A stretch of 64,000 nucleotides of DNA from Scyliorhinus canicula. Its lineage: Eukaryota. Shown piece after piece: positions 37,801 to 48,322 of the stretch. Every line of letters starts with the position of its first letter. Within the stretch, counting starts at the first letter, position 1. The position numbers and the translations under genes were made by a program. A model generated the notes under the pieces. It saw only the letters and a program-made list of their open reading frames with translations, had not been told where the DNA came from and searched no databases. Where the stretch lies: positions 3,276,623-3,340,622 of the forward strand of contig NC_052149.1 in assembly GCF_902713615.1 (NCBI RefSeq), in the 5' to 3' direction.

Positions 37801-40800
37801 GGGGGAGGGTACCTCAGTCTCTGGGGGGGGAGGGTACCTCAGTCTCTGGGGGGGGAGGGTACCTCAGTCTCTGGGGGGGGAGGGTACCTCAGTCTCTGGG
37901 GGGGGGAGGGTACCTCAGTCTCTGGGGGGGGAGGGTACCTCAGTCTCTGGGGGGGAGGGTACCTCAGTCTCTGGGGGGGGGAGGGTACCTCAGTCTCTGG
38001 GGGGGGAGGGTACCTCAGTCTCTGGGGGGGGAGGGTACCTCAGTCTCTGGGGGGGGAGGGTACCTCAGTCTCTGGGGGGGGAGGGTACCTCAGTCTCTGG
38101 GGGGGGAGGGTACCTCAGTCTCTGGGGGGGGAGGGTACCTCAGTCTCTGGGGGGGGAGGGTACCTCAGTCTCTGGGGGGGGAGGGTACCTCAGTCTCTGG
38201 GGGGGAGGGTACCTCAGTCTCTGGGGGGGGAGGGTACCTCAGTCTCTGGGGGGGGAGGGTACCTCAGTCTCTGGGGGGGGAGGGTACCTCAGTCTCTGGG
38301 GGGGGAGGGTACCTCAGTCTCTGGGGGGGGAGGGTACCTCAGTCTCTGGGGGGGGAGGGTACCTCAGTCTCTGGGGGGGGAGGGTACCTCAGTCTCTGGG
38401 GGGGAGGGTACCTCAGTCTCTGGGGGGGGAGGGTACCTCAGTCTCTGGGGGGCGAGGGTACCTCAGTCTCTGGGGGGGGGAGGGTACCTCAGTCTCTGGG
38501 GGGGAGGGTACCTCAGTCTCTGGGGGGGGAGGGTACCTCAGTGTCTGGGGGGGGAGGGTACCTCAGTCTCTGGGGGGGAGGGTACCTCAGGCTCTGGGGG
38601 GGGAGGGTACCTCAGTCTCTGGGGGGGAGGGTACCTCAGTCTCTGGGGGGGGAGGGTACCTCAGTCTCTGGGGGGGGAGGGTACCTCAGTCTCTGGGGGG
38701 GGAGGGTACCTCAGTCTCTGGGGGGGGGGGGGTACCTCAGTCTCTGGGGGGGAGGGTACCTCAGTCTCTGGGGGGGGAGGGTACCTCAGTCTCTGGGGGG
38801 GAGGGTACCTCAGTCTCTGGGGGGGGAGGGTACCTCAGTCTCTGGGGGGGGAGGGTACCTCAGTCTCTGGGGGGGGAGGGTACCTCAGTCTCTGGGGGGG
38901 GAGGGTACCTCAGTCTCTGGGGGGGGAGGGTACCTCAGTCTCTGGGGGGGGAGGGTACCTCAGTCTCTGGGGGGGGAGGGTACCAGTATCTGGGGGGGAG
39001 GGTACCTCAGTCTCTGGGGGGGGGGAGGGTACCTCAGTCTCTGGGGGGGGGGGAGGGTACCTCAGTCTCTGGGGGGGAGGGTACCTCAGTCTCTGGGGGG
39101 GAGGGTACCTCAGTCTCTGGGGGGGAGGGTACCTCAGTCTCTGGGGGGGGGGGAGGGTACCTCAGTCTCTGGGGGGGGGGGGAGGGTACCTCAGTCTCTG
39201 GGGGGGAGGGTACCTCAGTCTCTGGGGGGGGGAGGGTACCTCAGTCTCTGGGGGGGGGGGGTACCTCAGTCTCTGGGGGGGGGGAGGGTACCTCAGTCTC
39301 TGGGGGGGGGAGGGTACCTCAGTCTCTGGGGGGGGGGGGAGGGTACCTCAGTCTCTGGGGGGGGGGAGGGTACCTCAGTCTCTGGGGGGGGGGGGGTACC
39401 TCAGTCTCTGGGGGGGGGAGGGTACCTCAGTCTCTGGGGGGGGGGGGGGGGAGGGTACCTCAGTCTCTGGGGGGAGGGTACCTCAGTCTCTGGGGGGGGG
39501 TACCTCAGTGTCTGGGGGGGGTACCTCAGTGTCTGGGGGGGGTACCTCAGTGTCTGGGGGGGGGGTACCTCAGTGTCTGGGGGGGGTACCTCAGTGTCTG
39601 GGGGGGGTACCTCAGTGTCTGGGGGGGGTACCTCAGTGTCTGGGGGGGGTACCTCAGTGTCTGGGGGGGGGGGTACCTCAGTGTCTGGGGGGGGGGGTAC
39701 CTCAGTGTCTGGGGGGGGGGGGTACCTCAGTGTCTGGGGGGGGGGTACCTCAGTGTCTGGGGGGGGGAGGGTACCTCCGTCTCTGGGGGGGGGGAGGGTA
39801 CCTCCGTCTCTGGGGGGGGGGGGGAGGGTACCTCCGTCTCTGGGGGGGGGAGGGTACCTCAGTCTCTGGGGGGGGGGGGGAGGGTACCTCCGTCTCTGGG
39901 GGGGGGGGGAGGGTACCTCCGTCTCGGGGGGGGGGGGAGGGTACCTCCGTCTCTGGGGGGGGGTACCTCCGTCTCTGGGGGGGGGGGTACCTCCGTCTCT
40001 GGGGGGGGGGGTACCTCCGTCTCTGGGGGGGGGGGTACCTCCGTCTCTGGGGGGGGGGGTACCTTCGTCTCTGGTGGGGGGGGTACCTCCGTCTCTGGGG
40101 GGGGGGGGTACCTCCGTCTCTGGGGGGGGGGGTACCTCCGTCTCTGGGGGGGGGGAGGGTACCTCCGTCTCTGGGGGGGGGGGGGAGGGTACCTCCGTCT
40201 CTGGGGGGGGGGGGGAGGGTACCTCCGTCTCTGGGGGGGGGGGAGGGTACCTCCGTCTCTGGGGGGGGGGGGGAGGGTACCTCCGTCTCTGGGGGGGGGG
40301 GGGGGGTACCTCCGTCTCTGGGGGGGGGGGGGGGGTACCTCCGTCTCTGGGGGGGGAGGGTACCTCCGTCTCTGGGGGGGGGGAGGGTACCTCCGTCTCT
40401 GGGGGGGGGGGGGAGAGTACCTCCGTCTCTGGGGTGGGGGGGAGGGTACCTCCGTCTCTGGGGGGGGGGGAGGGTACCTCCGTCTCTGGGGGGGGGGGAG
40501 GGTACCTCCGTCTCTGGGGGGGGGAGAGTACCTCCGTCTCTGGGGGGGGGGAGGGTACCTCCGTCTCTGGGGGGGGGGAGGGTACCTCCGTCTCTGGGGG
40601 GGGGGTACCTCAGTGTCTGGGGGGGGGGTACCTCTGTCTCTGGGGGGGGGGGAGGGTACCTCCGTCTCTGGGGGGGGGAGGGTACCTCCGTCTCTGGGGG
40701 GGGGAGGGTACCTCCGTCTCTGGGGGGGGGAGGGTACCTCCGTCTCTGGGGGGGGGAGGGTACCTCCGTCTCTGGGGGGGGGGGGAGGGTACCTCGTCTC

Positions 40801-41827
40801 TGGGGGGGGGGGGGGGAGGGTACCTCCGTCTCTGGGGGGGGGGAGGGTACCTCCGTCTCTGGGGGGGGGGGGAGGGTACCTCCGTCTCTGGGGGGGGGAG
40901 AGGGTACCTCCGTCTCTGGGGGGGGGGAGAGGGTACCTCCGTCTCTGGGGGGGGGGGGAGGGTACCTCCGTCTCTGGGGGGGGGGGAGGGTACCTCCGTC
41001 TCTGGGGGGGGGGAGGGTACCTCCGTCTCTTGGGGGGGGGGAGGGTACCTCCGTCTCTGGGGGGGGGAGGGTACCTCCGTCTCTGGGGGGGGGAGGGTAC
41101 CTCCGTCTCTGGGGGGGGGAGGGTACCTCAGTCTCTGGGGGGGGGAGGGTACCTCAGTCTCTGGGGGGGGAGAGGGTACCTCAGTCTCTGGGGGGGGGAG
41201 GGTACCTCAGTCTCTGGGGGGGGGAGGGTACCTCAGTCTCTGGGGGGGGGAGGGTACCTCAGTCTCTGGGGGGGGAGGGTACCTCAGTCTCTGGGGGGGG
41301 AGGGTACCTCAGTCTGTGGGGGGGGAGAGGGTACCTCAGTCTCTGGGGGGGGGGGAGGGTACCTCAGTCTCGGGGGGGGGAGGGTACCTCAGTCTCGGGG
41401 GGGGGAGGGTACCTCAGTCTCGGGGAGGGTACCTCAGTCTCGGGGGGGGGAGGGTACCTCAGTCTCGGGGGGGGGAGGGTACCTCAGTCTCGGGGGGGGG
41501 GGAGGGTACCTCAGTCTCGGGGGGGGGGGTACCTCAGTCTCGGGGGGGGGGGTACCTCAGTCTCGGGGGGGGGGGGGGTACCTCAGTCTCGGGGGGGGGG
41601 GGTACCTCAGTCTCGGGGGGGGGGGGGTACCTCAGTCTCGGGGGGGGGGGGAGGGTACCTCAGTCTCTGGGGGGGGAGGGTACCTTAGTCTCTGGGGGGG
41701 GGGAGGGTACCTCAGTCTCGGGGGGGGGGGGGGGAGGGTACCTCAGTGTCTGGGGGGAGGGGGTTACCTCTCAGTCTCTGGGGGGGAGGGGACCTCAGTC
41801 TCTGGGGGGAGGGGGGGGGGGGGGTAC
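34853..41827. repeat. ~7-kb minisatellite, ~23-bp unit G(7-10)AGGGTACCTCAG[T/C]CTCT, ~300 copies, filling FPGT intron 1
   Basis: Direct periodicity; GGTACC in almost every unit; array abuts the exon-1 donor. Confidence 0.97.
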
Positions 41828-41894
41828 CTCTCAGTTTCTGGAAGTTTCTGAGGCGCCTCCGGCTCGCGCTCCGAATCCTTTCCGCGTCCGTCAT
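41828..41894 (-). CDS. FPGT: FPGT exon 1 (67 coding nt, MTDAERIRSASRRRLRNFQKLR)
   Basis: ATG at 41894; donor GAG|gtaccc; resembles human ...TQRKLRRFSELRG; exon sum 67+168+93+1430=1758 nt is in frame. Confidence 0.88.
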
Positions 41895-42408
41895 CGTCCA
41901 GGGTCAGCGACAGCTTCTCAGTGCGCCTGCGCTGGCGGGGGCGTGGCCATGGGGAAGGGGGCGGGGACGCAGGGAAGGGGCGGGGCCCCTGGGAATGGGG
42001 CTGGCCCATTGTGTGGGGGCCGAGCGTTGGGGGCGGGGCTGTTAAAGGGGGAGGGTCCTTTGGGTGGGGCTGGGCGTGTCGGTACAGTGCGCCTGCGCGG
42101 GCGGGGCGGGGCCGTGGGGAAAGGGGCGGGGCCGTGGGGAAGGGGGCGGGCAGCGCTGGGGGGGCGCAAGCATTTGGGAAAGGGGCAAGGGGGCGGGACT
42201 GTGTGGAAGGAGGCGGGACTGTGTGGAAGGGGGCGGGGCTGTGTGGAAAGAGGCGGGACTCTGTGGAAGGGGGCGGGGCTGTGTGGATGGAGGTGGGGCT
42301 GTGTGGATGGGGGCGGGGCCCTAGGGGAGTGGCCTGTCGTGTCGGTACCGCCCAGCTCAGTGCGCCTGCGCGGGCGCTGCTCCGTTTCCACAGCGACCGA
42401 CGCCGGAC
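41895..42408. promoter_or_regulatory. Bidirectional GC-rich promoter shared by FPGT and LRRIQ3
   Basis: Three NRF1-type TGCGCCTGCGC motifs (41922, 42088, 42361), many GGGGCGGGG boxes, YY1-like CATGGCGGC at 42408; divergent ATGs ~515 bp apart. Confidence 0.8.
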
Positions 42409-42450
42409 ATGGCGGCTCCTCGGAACAGCCCCAAGGTGGAGCGCAGCAAG
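42409..42450 (+). CDS. LRRIQ3: Candidate LRRIQ3 coding exon 1 (MAAPRNSPKVERSK), GC donor; alternative GT donor after 42435
   Basis: gacATGG context at the promoter edge; AAG|gcgagt or AAG|gtggag, both phase 0 and compatible with the open exon at 55655; no protein homology support. Confidence 0.5.
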
Positions 42451-42458
42451 GCGAGTGT

Positions 42459-42700
42459 GGCAGCGGGAACCCCGCCCGATAGACCCCCGGCAGCGGGAAC
42501 CCCGCCCGATAGACCCCCGGGGCAGCGGGAACCCCGCCCGATAGACCCCCCGGGGCAGCGGGAACCCCTCCCCCGGGGCAGCGGGAACCCCGCCCGATAG
42601 ACCCCCGGGGCAGCGGGAACCCCTCCCCCCGGGCAGCGGGAACCCCGCCCGATAGACCCACGGGGCAGCGGGAACCCCGCCCGATAGACCCCCCGGCAGT
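42459..42700. repeat. Minisatellite GGCAGCGGGAACCCCGCCCGATAGACCCCC, ~8 units
   Basis: Direct periodicity. Confidence 0.9.
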
Positions 42701-42769
42701 GGGAATGCCCCGCCCCTCACCCTCACCCCACCCCCAATTTTTCCAGCCCAGCAGCATGGCTAACACACA

Positions 42770-43655
42770 GTGGTGGGAGAATCGTGGGAGTGCCGGGCGA
42801 TTCACGCCACGCCGCCCTGGCACCCCCAGCTATTCTCCCACCCACCCCAAAATGGCGTGTCGTGCTTTGCGACCTGCCACGCGGACAATTGCCGCTCCCG
42901 TCGAACGCTGATTCTCTGGCCCAGATGGGCTGAGCGGCCTACCTAACCCGACCGGTTCACACCGGCGCCAACCACACCTGGTCTCTGCCGGCATGAACAG
43001 CACGCAAATGCTGCGTGTGGGGCCTGTGGGGGGCGGAGAGAGAATCGAGCACCAGGGAGGTGCTGAGGAGGGATCTGGCCCGCGATTGGTGTGTACCGAT
43101 CGTCAGGCCGGCGTCTCTGAAAGACGCACTCTTTTCCCTCTGCTGCCCCGCAAGATCAATCCTCCATGTCTTGCAGGACAGCGGGGGGGAAGACGGCAAC
43201 TGCGCATTCGCGGGTGATGTCATTCAGGCGCCGCCAAGGGCAGCACAGTGGCACAGTGGTTAGCATTGCTGTCTACGGCGCTGAGGACCTGGGTTCGAAT
43301 CCCGGCCCTGGGTCACTGTCTGTGTGGAGTTCGCACATTCTCCCCGTGTTTGCATGGGTTTCACCCCCACAACCCAAAGATGTGGAGGGTAGGTGGATTG
43401 GCCATGCTAAATTGCCCCTTAATTGGAAAAAATGAATTGGGCACTCTAAATTAAAAATAGAAAAAAAATATTCAGGCGCCGCCGGCCGCGTCATTTAGGC
43501 GGCGCGCTTTGACGCAATCGTCAAGGCCCGGCGCCCGAGATTGACGCGCCGCTGCTCCCCTGGGGGGAGAATAGGGGGCGAGGAGCGGCCTCCGACGCCG
43601 GAGTGAAACACTCCGGTTTTCACTCCAGCGTCGGCACTTTGTCTCCATTTCGCCC
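42770..43655. mobile_element. GC-rich TIR-family element containing a V-SINE (43239-43470)
   Basis: GGAGAATC motifs and terminal TTTCGCCC; SINE flanked by duplicated ATTCAGGCGCCGCC. Confidence 0.55.
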
Positions 43656-43907
43656 AGTATCTCCTCATTACTGTTTGTGGGATCTTCCTATGCACAATTA
43701 AGCTGTTGTGGTTTCTGCATTTTAACAGTGACTGCACCTCAAAAATATTTCATTGACTGAATGATTTGAGACTTTCTCAGGTGCTGAAAAACACTGCCAT
43801 GGAATTCTATCGTTATTTAAATTCAAACCTTCCTGTGTGCGTCAGGACTAACAAGTCATTAAAAACCGACCTGGATTTATGACAAGAAGATGCTGGGAAA
43901 ACTCAGC

Positions 43908-44525
43908 GGGCTCGATTCTCCCATTTTCAGACTACATCCCCATGCCGGCGTGCAAAAGGTGGCGTTTTACAGCAGAAAAAATGGCATAAAAAGGCCACCG
44001 ATCTTCCGTTTGGCTGGGGGTTAGCAGGACGGCAGCGTAGCTCTAGACCGGCTCTAGCTGTTGATGCGGGCCAGAGAATTGCCGGGTCCATGGCTGCGCA
44101 TGCACATGGCGGCAGCGCCATGCAACATTGCGTCGGTCACTCGCGGACCCGGCCCGCAAAATAGTGCCCCCCATTTGGCTGGCTCGCGCGCCCGGGACCA
44201 CACCCCCCCCCCCACCCCCCACAGTGCCCCCAGCCTCTGGCAAAGTCCCCCCTGCCCGTGGATTGGCCTTCCCCCCGAGTCCACAGCCACCACGCCGATT
44301 TGCCGGCAGATGAGACCATGAGAGGCACACGACATTGGGAACTCGGCCGGTCGGGGGCGGGCGCCAGGCAACGTCCTGAGGCCGTCAATACATCGCAAGG
44401 CATACTCACCTTGGAGGGAGTGGAGCATCGCAAAAGCGGCACCGCCCCCGATTTGATCGTAAACTTTGATTCTCTGGCCGATCACCGAACGCTAATTTGC
44501 CGTCAACGACCGGAGAATCCCGCTC
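43908..44525. mobile_element. TIR element inserted in a Penelope-like terminal fragment
   Basis: GGGCTCGATTCTCC...GGAGAATCCCGCTC; host CTCAGC|...|ACCACGTCTGGCAGC implies a ~3-bp TSD. Confidence 0.7.
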
Positions 44526-44677
44526 ACCACGTCTGGCAGCGCCTATAAGGAGAGAAACAATTTATCCTTTCGAGTCCTTTGGCTCTTCATCAGAACGGGA
44601 GGGAGAATGTATTAGATTTTAAAGTGTAGCCGTGAGAGATTGCAAAAAAAGGTAGCAACTTTACAAATAAATAAAAA

Positions 44678-44965
44678 TCATTATTGTCACAAGTAGTCTC
44701 ACATTAACACTGCAATGAAGTTACTGTGAAAAGCCCCTAGTCGCCACACTCCGGCGCCTGTTCGGGTACACTGAGGGAGAATTCAGAATGTCCAATTCAC
44801 CGAACAGCACGTCTTTCGGGACTGTGGGAGGAAACCGGAGCACCCGGAGGAAACCCACGCAGACACGGGGAGAACGTGCAGACTCCGTACAGACAGTGAC
44901 CCAAGCCGGGAATCGAACCTGGGACCCTGGCACTGTGAAGCAACAGTGCTAACCACTGTGCTAAT
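44678..44965 (-). mobile_element. V-SINE
   Basis: Head and core plus CTTGTGACAATAA tail. Confidence 0.8.
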
Positions 44966-45600
44966 ATGGCGCCCTCAGATGGCCCGGTCTGTGAGGGGGC
45001 TTTGCATTGAAGCAAATATATGGGATATTTTGAAAGGGGGCTTTAAGGTGGAGGAGAACGATCGCAATCTAAAGCTGACGAACCCAAGGGGAAATGAGAT
45101 GCTGCTCCCCAACATGTGGCAGGTTTCATTGGAGCTTTGCAACGGGATTTAGAAGCTGGGTTTTATTTATTTGTGTTGTAGAATCCATCTTTGAGCATCC
45201 CTCCCTGCCTGTGGGGAACCCTTTGGAACTGACTGAACCAGGCTCTGATGGGGAGACCAGCCCCACTTAAATTCACACATACTGCAGCACTTTGACAAGA
45301 TTCTCAAATTAGAGGCAGGATCAATTAGGCTTCCGAAAGGGAATTAAATAACTTCCTGAAAAGAGCTACAGGGAAATGTCAGGGGAGTGACACAAAGAAA
45401 ATTGTTCTTCCAGAGGTCTATCATGGAGATGATGTGCCAAATGGCCTCTTCCTGTACTGTAAACATTGTATTCAGCAAGATCATCACTCGGATAAAAAGA
45501 GATGTAATTAGGCCCAAGTCTACTGCCTCCTGATTGCAATACTTTTTTAAAAAAGAGTTAAATTTCCTTTTGTAGGGTTGGATTTTATTTCAAATGGCTG

Positions 45601-45922
45601 GGGCAGCACAGTGGTTAGCACTGTTGCTTCACAGCTCCAGGGTCCCAGGTTCGATTCCCGGCTTGGGTCACTTGTCTGTGCGGAGTCTGCACGTTCTCCC
45701 CCGTCTGTGTGGGTTTCCTCCGGGTGCTCCGGTTTCCTCCCACAGTCCAAAGCTGTGTGGGTTAGGTGGATTGGCCATGATAAATTGTCCTTAGTGTCCA
45801 AAAAATGACAGGTTGTGTTATGGGGATAGGGTGGAGGCTTGGGCTTATTAGGGTGCTCTTTCCAAGAGCTGGTGCAGACTCGATGGGCCAAATAGCCTCC
45901 TTCTGCACTGTTGATTGTATGA
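45601..45922 (+). mobile_element. V-SINE
   Basis: Head, core and tail. Confidence 0.82.
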
Positions 45923-46071
45923 TAACATTGCCTTTCTGTCAGATCCAAAATGTCTCTCGCCTTTGTAGCCCCACAGGAGTGTCTTCAGATTACAAATGTC
46001 CACACAGGCCACATAGGGGGTGTTAGGACAGGCAACCAAAAGCTCAGTCAAAGGTTTCGTCATCAGCTCAT

Positions 46072-48322
46072 GGTGACATCAAAAATTAAGGAAATTCGGA
46101 CTGCACGGTGGCGCAGTGGTTCGTACTGCTGCCTCACAGCGCCAAGGTCCCTGTTTGATCTCGGTTCTGGGTCACTATCCGTGTGGAGTTTGCACATTCT
46201 CCCCGTGTTTGCTTGGGTTTCACCCACACAACCCAAAGATGTGCAGGGTAGCTGGATTGGCCATGCTAAATTGCCCCTTAATTGAAAAAAAAATGAATTG
46301 TGTACTCTAAATTTATAAAAGGAAAGAAAAAACTCAAGGAAATACCGTCATTGGGAATGTGTTCTGTTATATATATTTTAGAAAGTTACTAAAATTGGAA
46401 GCTGTGTTGTGGCAGAGACAGTTTGGCTAGGTTAATGGAAATGAGTGCTTTAGAGAAATTGATGAACCCGGAAACACTAAAAGAAATTTACCGAAGGCAA
46501 ATTGGTAACAATGCAGAATAGAACATCAAGGGTTAAGTCAGATGTTAGAGGTTCAAAGGAGGAAGTGTGACCTTCACAATTGCATTCTAAAAGGTGGGCT
46601 CATGAAATTAAGGTAATTAAGAGTGACCATAAGGGAAGATCAAAAATGGGATAGCAGGACCAATGTCAACCTGTGCAAGTTAGGATGCCCCCAGATGCAG
46701 TGTGCTTTGTGGCAGGGTCCCGTGATGTCATTTTTATGAACTTGGCTAACAGCCAATCAGCTCTTCTGGAATTCTGGGATTTATCCAATTCTTGGTCATG
46801 ATTGGTAGAGCCCTTCAGAATGTTCTAGAAACACAAGCTCAATTTTGCAGAGCTGAGTTTCAGTTCTATGTAAACCTTGGAGAAAGAATAATAATTGCTT
46901 ATTGTCACAAGCAGGCTTCAATGAAGTTACTCTGAAAAGCCCCTAGTCGCCACATTCCGACGCCTGTTCGGGGAGGCTGGTACGGGAATTGAACCCGCGC
47001 TGCTGGCCTTGTTCTGCATTACAAGCCAACTGTTTAGCCCACTGTGCTATACCAGCCAAAGCAGGTTCTGCTAAGATCTCATGAGCAGCAAGATGCAGGT
47101 TTAAAACACCTCTCAGCTCCCTGCTTGCCGATTTAAATGCTTCCAGCCAGCCTATGAAAGTTCCACTCTTCATCAAGAGGCTGGGAAGCTAAATCAGATC
47201 TCTTTTATTTGATGAGTTGGGATAAAATATCTTCCTCTTTCTGCACAACCTGGGAGCTGTTGGCAAGTAGTTGTTTCTATGCTGATCAGGCAACTGTGAA
47301 GCTAAAGCTCTGAATTCTCTCTCAGGGCAGCAGGGTAGCATGGTGGTTAGCATAAATGCTTCACAGCTCCAGGGTCCCAGGTTCGATTCCCGGCTGGGTC
47401 ACTGTCTGTGTGGAGTCTGCACGTCCTCCCCCTGTGTGCGTGGGTTTCCTCCGGGTGCTCCGGTTTCCTCCCACAGTCCAAAGATGTGCGGGTTAGGTGG
47501 ATTGGCCATGCTAAATTGCCCGTAGTGTCCTAATAAAAGTAAGGTTAAGGGGGGGTTGTTGGGTTACGGGTATAGGGTGGATACGTGGGTTTGAGTAGGG
47601 TGATCATGGCTCGGCACAACATTGAGGGCCGAAGGGCCTGTTCTGTGCTGTACTGTTCTATGTTCTACCTGATGGTTCAGGATAACCTGCATGAGGATCT
47701 ATTCCAAAGCCACCTGCAGGCAGAGGGGATGTTTGACACTCATGTTGAGAACATTAGAGTTAACTCAGTGAGGCTGGTAGTCCATGTGGTGAATAAAAGT
47801 TAGAATTGCGCAGATCTGAGGGGAATCTTCTGTGTGAAAGCCCAGGTCGGGGGAAGTGAGGGTGACTCCCAGCCTGAGAGTTCTAATTGAAGGTTCCAGC
47901 CAGAAGTTCCAACCAGCTGATGGTTTCAACACTTTATGTCCCGAGACGATCACCGCCAACAAAGATCTCAACTTCTGCAGCGAAGATACTTAAATCTCTC
48001 ATTCACAGTGTATCTTGATCTTTCCCTACCCCATTGTGTGTCTGTCTTGTGTATGTCTGGGTGGAGGGTGGGACGGGGTTTGGGGAATCGTTAGATCAAC
48101 AGACAGTTGTTCTATTATTACCGTTACATATTTATCTCTTCTGTTATTGATAAACAGTTTTTTTTAATGTTTTACTTACAAATCTGGTGCCTGTAAGTCA
48201 ATGGAGCAGTCAAAGGTTAAAGATCCCAGGAAAACATACAAATTATTGGTTAATTCACTTGTGTTGGGACTCTGGGGTCTGTGGGGCAGGAATTGACCGT
48301 GCACTAACCCAAGGTGTGTAAC
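46072..48322 (+). mobile_element. Probable long solo LTR carrying three SINE insertions (~46098, ~46890, ~47326)
   Basis: Ends ...GGTGTGTAACA; start homologous to 63465-64000 (CATTGGGAATGTGTT...TTTAGAAA...AGTTTGGCTAG). Confidence 0.5.

Noticed and set aside
34747-42482. Three ~2300-aa Gly-rich ORFs on the + strand
   Set aside because: All three frames are open only because the repeat unit has no stop codon on that strand; they are antisense within FPGT intron 1 and depend on variable G-runs
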